Assembly (NCBI GenBank): GCA_965199955.1
Contig: CBDATQ010000001.1
Span: 160,001 to 224,000 of the forward strand
Reading direction: 5' to 3'
From: Spirochaetia bacterium
GTDB lineage: Bacteria > Spirochaetota > Spirochaetia > SZUA-6 > Bin103
DNA: 64,000 nt
Shown: positions 31,275 through 41,793 of the stretch, piece after piece
Numbering within the stretch: position 1 is the stretch's first letter
Layout: each line of letters opens with the position of its first letter
Translations under genes and position numbers: made by a program
Notes under the pieces: model-generated
Databases searched by the model: none
Told to the model about the DNA's origin: nothing
Seen by the model: the letters and a program-made list of their open reading frames with translations, nothing else

Positions 31275-31873
31275 AACGCCCTCGTACCAATCGTCATCGA
31301 ACAGACCGGGCGCGGCGAACGCTCGTACGACATCTACTCCCGGCTGCTCAAGGACCGGATCGTCTTCATCGACGGCGAAATCTACGACATCACCGCCGAT
31401 CTCGTGGTGGCGCAGCTCCTGTTCCTGGAATCGCAGGACCCGGAGAAGGACATCCACGTCTACATCAACTCGCCGGGCGGCATGGTGACCGCCGGTCTGG
31501 CCATCTACGACACGCTGCGCTACATCAGCGCGGACGTGCAGACGATCTGCCTGGGGCAGGCCGCGTCGATGGGCGCGTTGCTGCTGGCCGCCGGAACCAG
31601 GGGCAAGCGGACTGCCCTGCCGTCCGCCCGCCTCCTGATCCATCAGCCGTGGGGCGGCGTGTCCGGGCAGGCGGCCGACATCGGAATTCAGGCGCGCGAA
31701 CTGGTGCGCCTGAAGCGACTCATCATCAGCTACTTCGCGGAGTGCACGGGCAAGGACGAGAGCGTCGTTGCTCAGGACCTGGAACGGGACTACTACATGT
31801 CGTCGCACGAGGCGGCAGAGTACGGCCTGATCGACAAGGTGCTTACGCGGCGGGGTCCTGACGAGGCAAGCTG

Positions 31874-31874
<1 letters not shown>
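31260..31874 (+). CDS. clpP: ATP-dependent Clp protease proteolytic subunit
   Basis: [34 protein letters not shown]. Confidence 0.98.
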
Positions 31875-33124
<1,250 letters not shown>

Positions 33125-33128
33125 CGCC

Positions 33129-33722
33129 ATGTTGCGGCCCGCTGACGTCTGGACCATGGCTCGGGCACCCGAGGGCACGGCCGTGCTGATCCGGCCGTCG
33201 GGGGCGGACGTGGCCGTGCCCATCTTCGTCGACCACTGCATCGCGCAATCGATCTACATCGCCCTGCGCGGCGAACGGCAGAGCCGGCCGCTCACGCACG
33301 ATCTGTTCCTGCAGACGCTGGCCGCGATGAAGGCTTCCGTGGAGCGTGTGGAGATCACGGAGATCAAGAACGTCGGCGGCCACGGCACGTTCTTCGCGCG
33401 GCTGGTGCTGCTCCAGGACGGTCAGCAGGTGGAGGTGGATTCGCGGACGTCCGATGCCATCGCCATCGCCCTGCGCGCCAATTGTCCGATCTTCATCGAC
33501 GAGGACGTGGTCGAGCAGGCGTCGATCCCGGTTTCCACCGTGGAGAGCGGGGACTCACCGGAAGAGGACGAAGACGAAGACGACGCGGAAGCAGCCGAAG
33601 CGGCGGAAGGCGACCCGGTCGGAGAGCTCAAACGCGAACTCGCCATCGCCGTCCAGGAAGAGAACTACGAAGAGGCTGCGAGGCTGCGCGACCGCATCAC
33701 CGAGCTGGAAGGATCCTCGTAA
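33129..33722 (+). CDS. Bifunctional nuclease (DUF151) family protein with C-terminal UVR domain
   Basis: RPLTHDL, DSRTSDAIAIA, AVQEENYEEAARLRD. Confidence 0.88.
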   Translation: MLRPADVWTMARAPEGTAVLIRPSGADVAVPIFVDHCIAQSIYIALRGERQSRPLTHDLFLQTLAAMKASVERVEITEIKNVGGHGTFFARLVLLQDGQQVEVDSRTSDAIAIALRANCPIFIDEDVVEQASIPVSTVESGDSPEEDEDEDDAEAAEAAEGDPVGELKRELAIAVQEENYEEAARLRDRITELEGSS

Positions 33723-33739
33723 CGGCTACTGGTCGCCGG

Positions 33740-34552
33740 CTATTCGTCGCCTTTCTGCTTGACGTTTTTCAGCCGCTCTTCGATCAGGGTTTCGATCTCG
33801 GTCTTTTCCTTGCCGAGCGAGTACGAAACCTCGTCCACCATCAGCCGCAGCGCGCTGTCGTACAGCTTGCGCTCCAGGATGGGCAGCTCCTTGATCCTGC
33901 TGCGGTAGGACAGCGAACGCACGACCGAGGCGATGTCGTCGACCGCGCCCTGCTTCAGGAGATCCAGGTTCATCTGATAGCGCAACTTCCAGTCGGTGGG
34001 GATGGGGTCGAAGTCCTCGGCGATCAGCCGCAGGGCGCGTTCGGCCTTGCGCTTGCTGACGATGGCGCGGATGCCGAGCCCGTCCGCCTTGTCGACCGGA
34101 ATCATGATCGTCATGTCGGAGACTTCCAGGTAGACGACGTAGTAGAGGGTGGGACTGCCCTGAAACTCCCGCTCCTCCAGCCGCTCGATCCTGCCGACGC
34201 CCTGGAGGGGATATACGATCTGCTGGCCCACGGAGTAACGCGTCCTGGGGCGGGCCGGCTTTCGCCTGGTCGCGGCTTTCTTGGCCGGCGACACGTCGTC
34301 CAGGGACGCGTCCGCCTTGACCGCGGCATCGTCGACCGTGCCGTTCGTCCCATCAGCCGTGTCGGCTGCCGGCTTGGCCGCGGTTGTCGATCTGGCGCGG
34401 CGCCTGGCGGCAGGACGCTTGCTGGTCGCTCCGGGTTTGCTGGTCGATTTCCGCTGCGCGGCCTTCGGTTCGCCAACCACCGGGGGCTGCGTCGATTCCG
34501 TGGGCTCGGTAGACTTGGTCGCGTCTTCGTTCGCAGACGCGGCTGACCCCAT
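33740..34552 (-). CDS. carD: CarD/CdnL-family transcription factor with long N-terminal extension
   Basis: IVYPLQGVGRI, MIPV, WKLRYQ.N...LKQG. Confidence 0.88.
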   Translation of the reverse strand: MGSAASANEDATKSTEPTESTQPPVVGEPKAAQRKSTSKPGATSKRPAARRRARSTTAAKPAADTADGTNGTVDDAAVKADASLDDVSPAKKAATRRKPARPRTRYSVGQQIVYPLQGVGRIERLEEREFQGSPTLYYVVYLEVSDMTIMIPVDKADGLGIRAIVSKRKAERALRLIAEDFDPIPTDWKLRYQMNLDLLKQGAVDDIASVVRSLSYRSRIKELPILERKLYDSALRLMVDEVSYSLGKEKTEIETLIEERLKNVKQKGDE

Positions 34553-34587
34553 GACCGAAGTATCGCACAGAGACCGTTCCGGGTCAA
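34553..34587 (-). promoter_or_regulatory. Promoter TTGACC-N17-GATACT 6 nt before the carD ATG (leaderless)
   Basis: Direct sequence inspection. Confidence 0.6.
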
Positions 34588-34600
34588 AACAGAGTCACCG

Positions 34601-35431
34601 GTGACTCCTTCTGAGCGGCCCCGCAGCCGCCTGACGCGGGTGCTGAGCATTGCCGGGTACCCTGCCCTGTTCGCGGCGCTTGGCGTGGTCGCGATCGTCT
34701 TCTGGGAGCCCGTGTTGTCCCTGATGCGGAGCCCCGAGGAGCTCCGCGTACGGGTGGAAGCCTACGGGGTGGCGGCCCCTGCGGTGTTCATCGCCGTCCA
34801 GGTGCTGCAGGTGGTGGTCTTCGTGATCCCGGGAGAGTTCCCGCAGTTGGCCGCCGGGTACCTGTTCGGCATCCCGCTCGGCATCGCCCTGACGCTGAGC
34901 GGAGCGGCGCTTGGCTCGGCCATCGGGTTTCTGCTCGCGCGCCTGCTCGGGCGTCCGTTTCTGCACGCGATCGTGTCGGAGAAGCGCAGCAGCCAGGTGG
35001 AGGATCTGATCGCCTCGCCGCGCGGGGTCGGTATGCTGTTCCTGCTGTACCTGATTCCCGGGATCCCGAAGGACGTCCTGTGCTACGTGGCCGGCATCGG
35101 TCCCCTGCGGCTGGGCGTCTATCTGTTGGCCAGCACCGTCGGGCGCCTCCCCGGAGTGGCGGTGAGCGTGATATCCGGAGACGCGGCCGCCGAGCGGCAG
35201 TGGGCGGTCGTGGCGATCGCCCTGGGCATCGCCGTGGTGCTTTTCGTGGCGGGATTCCTGTTGCGCCGCCGACTCATGGAGGTGCTGCAGCGCTTCGCGC
35301 GGCTCGATGAGCTCCGGCCGTCCGATGAGCCCCGGCCGCCCGCCGAACCGGGGCCGCCCGGTCAGCCTGGGAGGAAATCCGCGACGGCGGCGACGCCGGC
35401 CGGCAGGTCCGCGCGCCGGAAGCCCAGGTAG
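34601..35431 (+). CDS. TVP38/TMEM64 (DedA/SNARE-associated) membrane protein
   Basis: LQVVVFVIPGE, AGYLFG, LIPGIPKD..CY.AG. Confidence 0.9.
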   Translation: MTPSERPRSRLTRVLSIAGYPALFAALGVVAIVFWEPVLSLMRSPEELRVRVEAYGVAAPAVFIAVQVLQVVVFVIPGEFPQLAAGYLFGIPLGIALTLSGAALGSAIGFLLARLLGRPFLHAIVSEKRSSQVEDLIASPRGVGMLFLLYLIPGIPKDVLCYVAGIGPLRLGVYLLASTVGRLPGVAVSVISGDAAAERQWAVVAIALGIAVVLFVAGFLLRRRLMEVLQRFARLDELRPSDEPRPPAEPGPPGQPGRKSATAATPAGRSARRKPR

Positions 35432-37014
35432 CGGAACGGATGGATGTCCAGCAAGTTCGGGGTCCACCCGGATACGCGCTGCAGGTCGATGAGCGATTGG
35501 GTCACAAGGTGATGGACCGGCAGGATGACCGCGTCCTGCAGCAGCAGCTCCTCCGCCTCCGCCAGCAGTTGCATGCGGTCGAGGCCCGTGGAGCCGATGG
35601 CCCGATTGATCATCCGGTCGTAGTCGCGGGACGAGTACCCGGCGTCGTTGAGGTTGCTTGAGCTGGTCCACATCTGCAGGAAGCTGATCGGATCGATGAA
35701 GTCGCCGATCCAACTGCTGATCGTCAGGGTGAAGTTGCCGGCCTTCACTTCCGCCAGGTAGTCGTCGTACTCCCGTACCACGGCCACGGTGACGTCGATC
35801 CCGAGGTTGGACTCCCAGGCCGTCTCGAGATCCGCGGCCAGTGAAGCAGCCCATGAGCCCGCCACCGTGACCGTGACCGGCGGGAGCCCAGTGCCGTCCG
35901 CGAAGCCGGCCTGTTCCAGCAGCCGCCGCGCGGTGCGCATGTCAGGGGCCGGGATGCCTTCCACGGCCGGATAGTTCGCCGTGCGCGGCACCAGGCCGCT
36001 GGTCGGGAAGGGCACCCGTTCCGGGTTGCGAACCGTCTCCCACGGAACCATCAGGACGAGCGCACGGCGCACGCGTGCGTCATCGAACGGCGGATCGCTC
36101 GACTTGAACACGAAATAGGTCGTGCCGAACAGCCAGTTGGTGACAACGAACGGGCGAATCTGCGCGGCTGTCTCATGGCTTCCGTCGAAGGAGTCGGCCC
36201 AGTGGATCTCCCCTGCCAGGAATCCGGCATTGGCCGCGGCGGGATCTTCGAAGGCGCGGACGCGGATGCGGTCGAGCTCGACCTCCGACCGTGCCCAGTA
36301 GTGCGGATTCCGGTCGAACACCAGCTCGTCCGCCTCCCGGCCTGTCAGGGAGAACGGACCGTTGCCGATGATCGGCGCCTGCCGCTCAAACCCGACCTGG
36401 GCGCGGTAGGCGGGGTAGACCGGGGCGAAGGCGTGGTGTGCCAGCGTGCTCAGGAAGTGCTCGGCCGGGCGCTCCAGCACCACCTCGAGCTCGATGGGCG
36501 AGATCACGCGGATGCCGACGGCCTCTTCGTCGTTGTTGGCCCCCGACCGGTAGTCGGCCACGCCCTTGATCACGTCGAACAGCACCGAGTACTCGGCCTG
36601 CTCGCCGGGGTTGATGATGCGCAGCCAGGACGCCCGAAAGTCCTCGGCGATCACTTGCGTGCCGTCCGAGAAGCGGGCGTTGTCGCGCAGCAGAAAGCGG
36701 TAACGCAGCCCGTCTTCGGACACCTGCCAGGAGCGTGCCACGCCGGGAACGGGGTCAAGGGTATCGGGATGGTAGGAGACGAGGCCCTCCGACAGCGCGG
36801 TGAAGAGTTGCGCTTCGATTGCGGTATAGGCGTGCAAAGGGTCGAACGCCACGTCCACGGTGCCGAGGGCGACGACCATCTCCCGGGCCGTCGTCTCGTC
36901 GGCGCCGATCGTGGGAGTTGCGGTGACCAGGAGCGCGGCGCCGACAAGCGCGGCCGACGCCAGTCGCGCGGACAAGGAGCGCGTGCGCCGCATCCGAACG
37001 GCCCGTTCCATCAT
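35362..37014 (-). CDS. Peptide ABC transporter substrate-binding protein (OppA family 5)
   Basis: Signal peptide, EGLV, PGVARSW.VS.DG..Y.F.LR, NGPF, PFDDARVRRAL, WIGDF.DP; start 37014 or 36993. Confidence 0.92.
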   Translation of the reverse strand: MMERAVRMRRTRSLSARLASAALVGAALLVTATPTIGADETTAREMVVALGTVDVAFDPLHAYTAIEAQLFTALSEGLVSYHPDTLDPVPGVARSWQVSEDGLRYRFLLRDNARFSDGTQVIAEDFRASWLRIINPGEQAEYSVLFDVIKGVADYRSGANNDEEAVGIRVISPIELEVVLERPAEHFLSTLAHHAFAPVYPAYRAQVGFERQAPIIGNGPFSLTGREADELVFDRNPHYWARSEVELDRIRVRAFEDPAAANAGFLAGEIHWADSFDGSHETAAQIRPFVVTNWLFGTTYFVFKSSDPPFDDARVRRALVLMVPWETVRNPERVPFPTSGLVPRTANYPAVEGIPAPDMRTARRLLEQAGFADGTGLPPVTVTVAGSWAASLAADLETAWESNLGIDVTVAVVREYDDYLAEVKAGNFTLTISSWIGDFIDPISFLQMWTSSSNLNDAGYSSRDYDRMINRAIGSTGLDRMQLLAEAEELLLQDAVILPVHHLVTQSLIDLQRVSGWTPNLLDIHPFRYLGFRRADLPAGVAAVADFLPG

Positions 37015-37640
37015 CCGCGCCTGAAGGCTTCCAGCGGATCGATGCCGAGCCGTACGCGCAGGTAGAGGAAGCCTGCCAGCAGCCCGCCGAGGTGGGTCAG
37101 ATGAGCGACGTGGGTGCGCTGCCCGGTGATCTGGAATACCAGCGCCAGCCCGCCGAGGATGAGCACCATGGTGGTGGCGCGCATCGGGATGAACCAGAAG
37201 GTCACGACCTGGTACGGGTTCAACACCGCGTAGGCCAGCATGATCCCGTACACGGCGCCGGATGCGCCCACGATGGCCACCGGTGCTGCCGACGCAACGG
37301 CCAGGACGGTGCTGAACACCCCGGCGAGCACGCCGCAGGTGAGGTAGAGCGTCAGGAACTCGGAGCTGCCGATCTCCCGTTCCACCGGCGATCCGAACAG
37401 GAACAGCATGAGCATGTTGAACAGCAGGTGCAGCGAACCGCCATGCAGGAACAGGTAGGTGACGAGCTGCCAGACGGCGCCTTCGCGAGCCACCATCAGC
37501 GGGCGCAGGACCGCCGCCCCGACGGAGGAAGGGACGGCCAGGAGTACGAGATACATGCCGACCGTGATGCCGATCAGCCATGTGGTTGCGTTGTATTGCC
37601 GATACGGGAACGGCGTACGGAGCAAGCCACGGTCGCTCAC
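37011..37640 (-). CDS. Rhomboid-family intramembrane serine protease
   Basis: WQLVTYLFLHG, HLLFNM, GASG, AHLTHLGG. Confidence 0.93.
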   Translation of the reverse strand: MSDRGLLRTPFPYRQYNATTWLIGITVGMYLVLLAVPSSVGAAVLRPLMVAREGAVWQLVTYLFLHGGSLHLLFNMLMLFLFGSPVEREIGSSEFLTLYLTCGVLAGVFSTVLAVASAAPVAIVGASGAVYGIMLAYAVLNPYQVVTFWFIPMRATTMVLILGGLALVFQITGQRTHVAHLTHLGGLLAGFLYLRVRLGIDPLEAFRRG

Positions 37641-37675
37641 CTCGACAAGCTACCGCCCGCCCCGAACGCGGTCAA
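37641..37675 (-). promoter_or_regulatory. Promoter TTGACC-N17-TAGCTT 6 nt before the rhomboid GTG (leaderless)
   Basis: Direct sequence inspection. Confidence 0.6.
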
Positions 37676-38700
37676 ACCGTCGGTCCCCCAGCGCCGATGA
37701 GTGCGTCGGCCATCTCCAGCAGCCGATCGGCGGGCTCTCCTTCCGGAACGAGGGCGGCAAGGTCCACCCGAGTCTCCCGGTACAGGTCGCCCGCCCGCCT
37801 GCGCGCGTCCTGCAGGCTGCCTGACGCCTGCAGCAGGGCGACGGCCCGGTCGATCTGTGGACGGACCCGCTCGATGGGACGGTTCTGGATGCCGTCCAGG
37901 ATCCCCCACAGCTCGTCCGCGCCGCCTCGCTCGCTATGCAGGATGAGCGGAAGACTCTTCTTGCCCTCGATCAGGTCGTCTCCGCGATCCTTGCCCGGAT
38001 TGCCGCGTTCCAGGTTGGTGACGTCGTCGATGATCTGGAAGGAGACGCCGAAGCGCTCGCCGATGGCAACCAGCGAGCTCACCGCTACCGCCTCGGCGCC
38101 TCCCAGAGCGGCGCCAAGTCCCAGAGCGAGTCCGGCAAGGCTGCCCGACTTCAGCGTGCACATCGACATGTAGTCCGCCGCGCTGGGCAGGATCGCTCCG
38201 GGGCGGTGCCAGAGGATGTCCAGCCCTTGCCCGTAGTGCAGCTTGCGCATCGTCGCGGCGTACATGCGATAGACGCGCAGCTCCTCCGCCGCATCCAGCG
38301 CGGGCACGTCCGCGGACGGCCGGTCGAGCATCCGCGTCGGCAGGAAGTAGACCAGGTTGCCCGCGTTCACTGCCACGTCCACCCCGAACTCGACGTGAGC
38401 GGCCGGGCCGCCGCGGCGGGTGCGCGCGCCGTCCTCGATGTCGTCGATGATCAGGCTGCCGGCGTGGGTGAGCTCCACCAGCGGAACCAGGGGCAGCGCC
38501 CGGTCGCCGCCGCCGTGCATCTCACAGGCGAGCTGCATGAACAGGGCGCGCCAGCGCTTGCCTCCCCGTTCCATCAGGCGGCGGGCGGGCGCCACGATCT
38601 GGGCGCCGCGCTCGGACGTCAGGGTCGGATCATGCGGTCCCGGCTCCCGGAGGCGGAGGGCCTCGAAAAGTACCGCTTCGATCCGTGCCAGCCGCTCCAC
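37672..38700 (-). CDS. Polyprenyl/geranylgeranyl diphosphate synthase
   Basis: RGGKRWR, DDIED...RRG, GQGLD, FQIIDD, DDLIEGK; start approximate. Confidence 0.9.
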   Translation of the reverse strand: MERLARIEAVLFEALRLREPGPHDPTLTSERGAQIVAPARRLMERGGKRWRALFMQLACEMHGGGDRALPLVPLVELTHAGSLIIDDIEDGARTRRGGPAAHVEFGVDVAVNAGNLVYFLPTRMLDRPSADVPALDAAEELRVYRMYAATMRKLHYGQGLDILWHRPGAILPSAADYMSMCTLKSGSLAGLALGLGAALGGAEAVAVSSLVAIGERFGVSFQIIDDVTNLERGNPGKDRGDDLIEGKKSLPLILHSERGGADELWGILDGIQNRPIERVRPQIDRAVALLQASGSLQDARRRAGDLYRETRVDLAALVPEGEPADRLLEMADALIGAGGPTV

Positions 38701-38758
38701 GCGAGGGTGACTGTCGTGCCCGCGGCGTCGGTCGTCAAGGTCACCCTTGCTACGGCGG

Positions 38759-38787
38759 TTGCATCTGTCGGACGGCATCGGTATGAT
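38759..38787 (+). promoter_or_regulatory. Sigma70-type promoter TTGCAT-N17-TATGAT
   Basis: Near-consensus hexamers upstream of the secreted-protein gene. Confidence 0.6.
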
Positions 38788-38823
38788 CGGCCGCAACTCT
38801 CAAACAAAGAGGTGCGAGATAAG

Positions 38824-39453
38824 ATGAAACGTGTAGTGACGATTTTGGCTCTCGTGGCCCTCGCGGCTTCCTTCTCCTTCGCGGATAGTTACATGGGCGT
38901 CGACATCCATACGGACGGCGGCATGTGGCAGGAGGTCGATGGCCGCCTGGCGCAGACGGACGCCTCCGCATGGCTGGCTGGAGCCATGGTGCCCGCGGGC
39001 ATCCAGGGCAAGGCCGAGTACTCATTCGACGTCGCCTACCTGGGCGGCTTGGAGGACGACGTCATCGGCTTCGGCGTCATAGTGCCCGGCTTCGTGATGG
39101 GTCTGGTCTGGGATCCGGCCAATCTGGGCGGTTCCGGACTGCACGCGCAGGTGTACAACGACGCGGGTGAGATTCACGAGTACGCGGGCATCACGTACAG
39201 CTTCGAGATCCCGGCGGCGATGATCGCCGGCATCACGGCGGAGATGGTGATGAACACCCCGCTGGCGGTCCGCATCCGCATCGATTCCAGCAATGGCAAC
39301 GTGTGGGTCAAGGATCCGTTCGACGCGACCACGTGGTGGGCGTTCACCCTGGGTCAGTCGCTGGAAGGAGAGGGCCACAACATGGTCGGCGTGGGCACCA
39401 CGTCGGCGGCGGCCAGCTTCGGCAACTTCTCCGCGATGGCGATGGAGATGTAG
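38824..39453 (+). CDS. Hypothetical secreted protein (beta-rich)
   Basis: Sec signal MKRVVTILALVALAASFSFA; SD GAGG; clean codon usage. Confidence 0.75.
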   Translation: MKRVVTILALVALAASFSFADSYMGVDIHTDGGMWQEVDGRLAQTDASAWLAGAMVPAGIQGKAEYSFDVAYLGGLEDDVIGFGVIVPGFVMGLVWDPANLGGSGLHAQVYNDAGEIHEYAGITYSFEIPAAMIAGITAEMVMNTPLAVRIRIDSSNGNVWVKDPFDATTWWAFTLGQSLEGEGHNMVGVGTTSAAASFGNFSAMAMEM

Positions 39454-39460
39454 CGGTCCG

Positions 39461-40672
39461 CTACCCGTTCTGACCGGAGCGGCGCCGTACGCGGTGCCGC
39501 CTGGATCCTGTCGGCCGTCGCCCGTGCGGCGGCCGATTCTTTTTTTTCCGGACCGGTGCCTCGTCAGCCGGACCTCCTCCGCGGTAGCTGCGGTAGATCC
39601 TGCACGCCCGGTAATACGGCTCCGGGCTGGCGAAGGTCGCCAGGGTGTCGGCGCGAAACAGTTCCAGAAGACGGGGAAAGGCCGGCTCGGCCATGATGCG
39701 CTCCAACAGGGCGCGGCGCCCCGGGCTGGCACCGCGCTCCCGCATGGCGCCCGGCATCATGTGGTACCGGACCAGAAACCCGACCTCATCCACCACCGGC
39801 TGATCGAAGCCTAGCCGCCGGAGGAACCGCCGCGCCACCTGCGCGCCGATGTCGGCGTGAGCGAAGAAGCGCTTGCGGCCGATCGGCCGCGCGCTCGCCT
39901 TGCCAACGTCGTGCAGCAGCAGCGCCAGCGACAGGATCAGGTCCGCGCGCTTGCGGTGGGCAAAGGTCGCCAGCGTGTGCTGCCAGCCGCCGCCTTCGGG
40001 ATGATGTTCCTTGGCGTGGTCGACGCCGGCCAGGGCGCTGAGCTCCGGCCACCAGAGCTCGACCAGCCCGGCCTGCAGCAGCAGGTCCAGTCCCTTCTCC
40101 GGGTAGGGGGAGTTCAGGATCTCGCAGAGGATCTGCCGCTGGTACTCGGGAGCGACCGGAGGAGGTTCCCGGCGCAACGTGAGGCCGGCCGGATCGGCCG
40201 CGTAATGGTAGCGCGACACCAGGCGGGCCGCCTCGGTCAGGCGTACCCACTCCGCGTGCACTCCCGGCACTGGTACCAGCTCGGCGCGCCGCAGGTCGCC
40301 GTAGATGCCGTGCGGGTCGTGGAACACTCCGGTCCGCGGGTCGTAGCGCAGGTCCAGCACCGTGAACGGGTTGCGCGGCCACGGCTCCGAGTCGTCGGCG
40401 CAGCGGAAGAAGACGCTGCGGTCGCCGGTTCGCGTGGCGGCGTGCTCCAGCGGAAAGCCGGGGAAGGTCAGCTCGTCGAACAGCCGGGCCAGCGCGATCA
40501 GGTCACCGCGCGTGAGGACGATATCGGATGGGGATCCGTCGGTGCGGAAGTAGCGGTCGAGAGCGGAGTAGCTGCCCAGATAGGTCTGATAGCCGGCATC
40601 GGACAGGATCGCCACGGGGGACAGGGTCGCCTTGGAGGACAGGGTCGCCGCCGGTGCGGAGCCGTTCTGCAT
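39461..40672 (-). CDS. CCA/poly(A) polymerase-like protein with HD domain, degenerate NTase head
   Basis: FHDPHG...DL, PEL..L.GV.H...HHPEG...HT, LLHDVGK, F.AHADIG. Confidence 0.8.
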   Translation of the reverse strand: MQNGSAPAATLSSKATLSPVAILSDAGYQTYLGSYSALDRYFRTDGSPSDIVLTRGDLIALARLFDELTFPGFPLEHAATRTGDRSVFFRCADDSEPWPRNPFTVLDLRYDPRTGVFHDPHGIYGDLRRAELVPVPGVHAEWVRLTEAARLVSRYHYAADPAGLTLRREPPPVAPEYQRQILCEILNSPYPEKGLDLLLQAGLVELWWPELSALAGVDHAKEHHPEGGGWQHTLATFAHRKRADLILSLALLLHDVGKASARPIGRKRFFAHADIGAQVARRFLRRLGFDQPVVDEVGFLVRYHMMPGAMRERGASPGRRALLERIMAEPAFPRLLELFRADTLATFASPEPYYRACRIYRSYRGGGPADEAPVRKKKNRPPHGRRPTGSRRHRVRRRSGQNG

Positions 40673-40699
40673 GAATTGCCTGCCATCCCGGTGGGTGCG

Positions 40700-41254
40700 T
40701 CAGAGCGTGGCGGAGACCACTTCGATCTCCGGGTCGATCTCGTCGCGGAGGATCCCCTGGATCGCGCTGAGCGTGCCGGATTCCGATGCCGGGCAGCTCC
40801 CGCAGGCCCCCTGATAGCTGACCACCACGCGCTTGTCCTCGTACGCCAGCACGTCCAGATCGCCGCCGTCGCCCTGCAGGTAGGGCCGCACCGTTCGGTC
40901 GAGCACGTCTTCGATGGCCCTGATGTCGTCGGGCAGATCGTCACGGCTGCGCTCCGGCTGCCGCGGGGTGAAGTCGGGGTCGTGGGACTGGATCTCGCTG
41001 CCGGCGATCTCCTTGATCTGATCGGCCGCGTCCTGCCAGTCGGTGTCTTCGTCCTTGCTGACGGTGATGACGTTCTCGAACAGGTGCACCTGGCGGACGT
41101 ACGGCAATTCGAACAGCCGCTCCACCAGCGGCACCCCCGTTGCCTGCTCAGGCCCCTCGAACGTGATCTTGCCGGTGCTCTTCACGTCCAGGTTGAGGAT
41201 GAACTTCATCGCGTTCGGATTGGGGGTGAACTGCGTGAGAATGGCGACAGGCAC
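40700..41254 (-). CDS. NfuA/NifU-family Fe-S carrier (Nfu N-terminal plus NifU C-terminal domain)
   Basis: TPNPNAMKF, VRPYLQGDGGD, YQGACGSCP. Confidence 0.92.
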   Translation of the reverse strand: MPVAILTQFTPNPNAMKFILNLDVKSTGKITFEGPEQATGVPLVERLFELPYVRQVHLFENVITVSKDEDTDWQDAADQIKEIAGSEIQSHDPDFTPRQPERSRDDLPDDIRAIEDVLDRTVRPYLQGDGGDLDVLAYEDKRVVVSYQGACGSCPASESGTLSAIQGILRDEIDPEIEVVSATL

Positions 41255-41265
41255 GGCGGTGGACC

Positions 41266-41793
41266 TCAGCTCTCCGTGGTGACGGCACCGCCGCCGGCGA
41301 GCGCGCTGGACAGCGCGTGCCAGGACAGGATCGCGCACTTCACCCGCGCCGGGTACTCCCAGATGCCGGAGAACACCTGCAGCTTGCCCAGCTCGGAGTG
41401 CCGGGTGGAGTCGAGCCGCCCGCGCACCAGGTCGTGAAAGCGTTCGAACAGTGCGGTCACCTCGTCGGCGCTCATGCCGGTGACCGTTTCGGTCATCAGG
41501 GACGCGGACGCCTTGGAGATGGCGCATCCCGCGCCGTAGAAGCCGATGGCCGCCACCTTGCCGTCTTCGTCCAGGCGCAAATCGATCGTGAAGCGGTCGC
41601 CGCACAACGGGTTGTCGCCCTCGGCGCTGTTGGTGGCGTCGCAGAGTGGCCCGTAGTTCCTCGGTTTGCGGTTGTGCTCAAGGATCACCTGCTGGTACAG
41701 CTCAGCCCGTCCTGAGTCAGCCTGCCCGGAATCAACCTGCCCGGAATCAACCTGCCCGGAATCAACCTGCCCGGAATCAACACGGTCGCTCAC
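41266..41793 (-). CDS. sufU: SUF-system SufU (NifU-like) protein
   Basis: LYQQVILEH, NPLCGD, GCAISKASAS, RVKCAIL.W. Confidence 0.95.
   Translation of the reverse strand: MSDRVDSGQVDSGQVDSGQVDSGQADSGRAELYQQVILEHNRKPRNYGPLCDATNSAEGDNPLCGDRFTIDLRLDEDGKVAAIGFYGAGCAISKASASLMTETVTGMSADEVTALFERFHDLVRGRLDSTRHSELGKLQVFSGIWEYPARVKCAILSWHALSSALAGGGAVTTES
41706..41780 (-). repeat. 15-bp coding tandem repeat (VDSGQ), 4 perfect units plus 1 degenerate
   Basis: cctgcccggaatcaa at 41721, 41736, 41751 and 41766. Confidence 0.95.

Noticed and set aside
41706..41780. Possible CRISPR array
   Set aside because: Contiguous 15-bp units without spacers, in frame within sufU; no cas genes in the window
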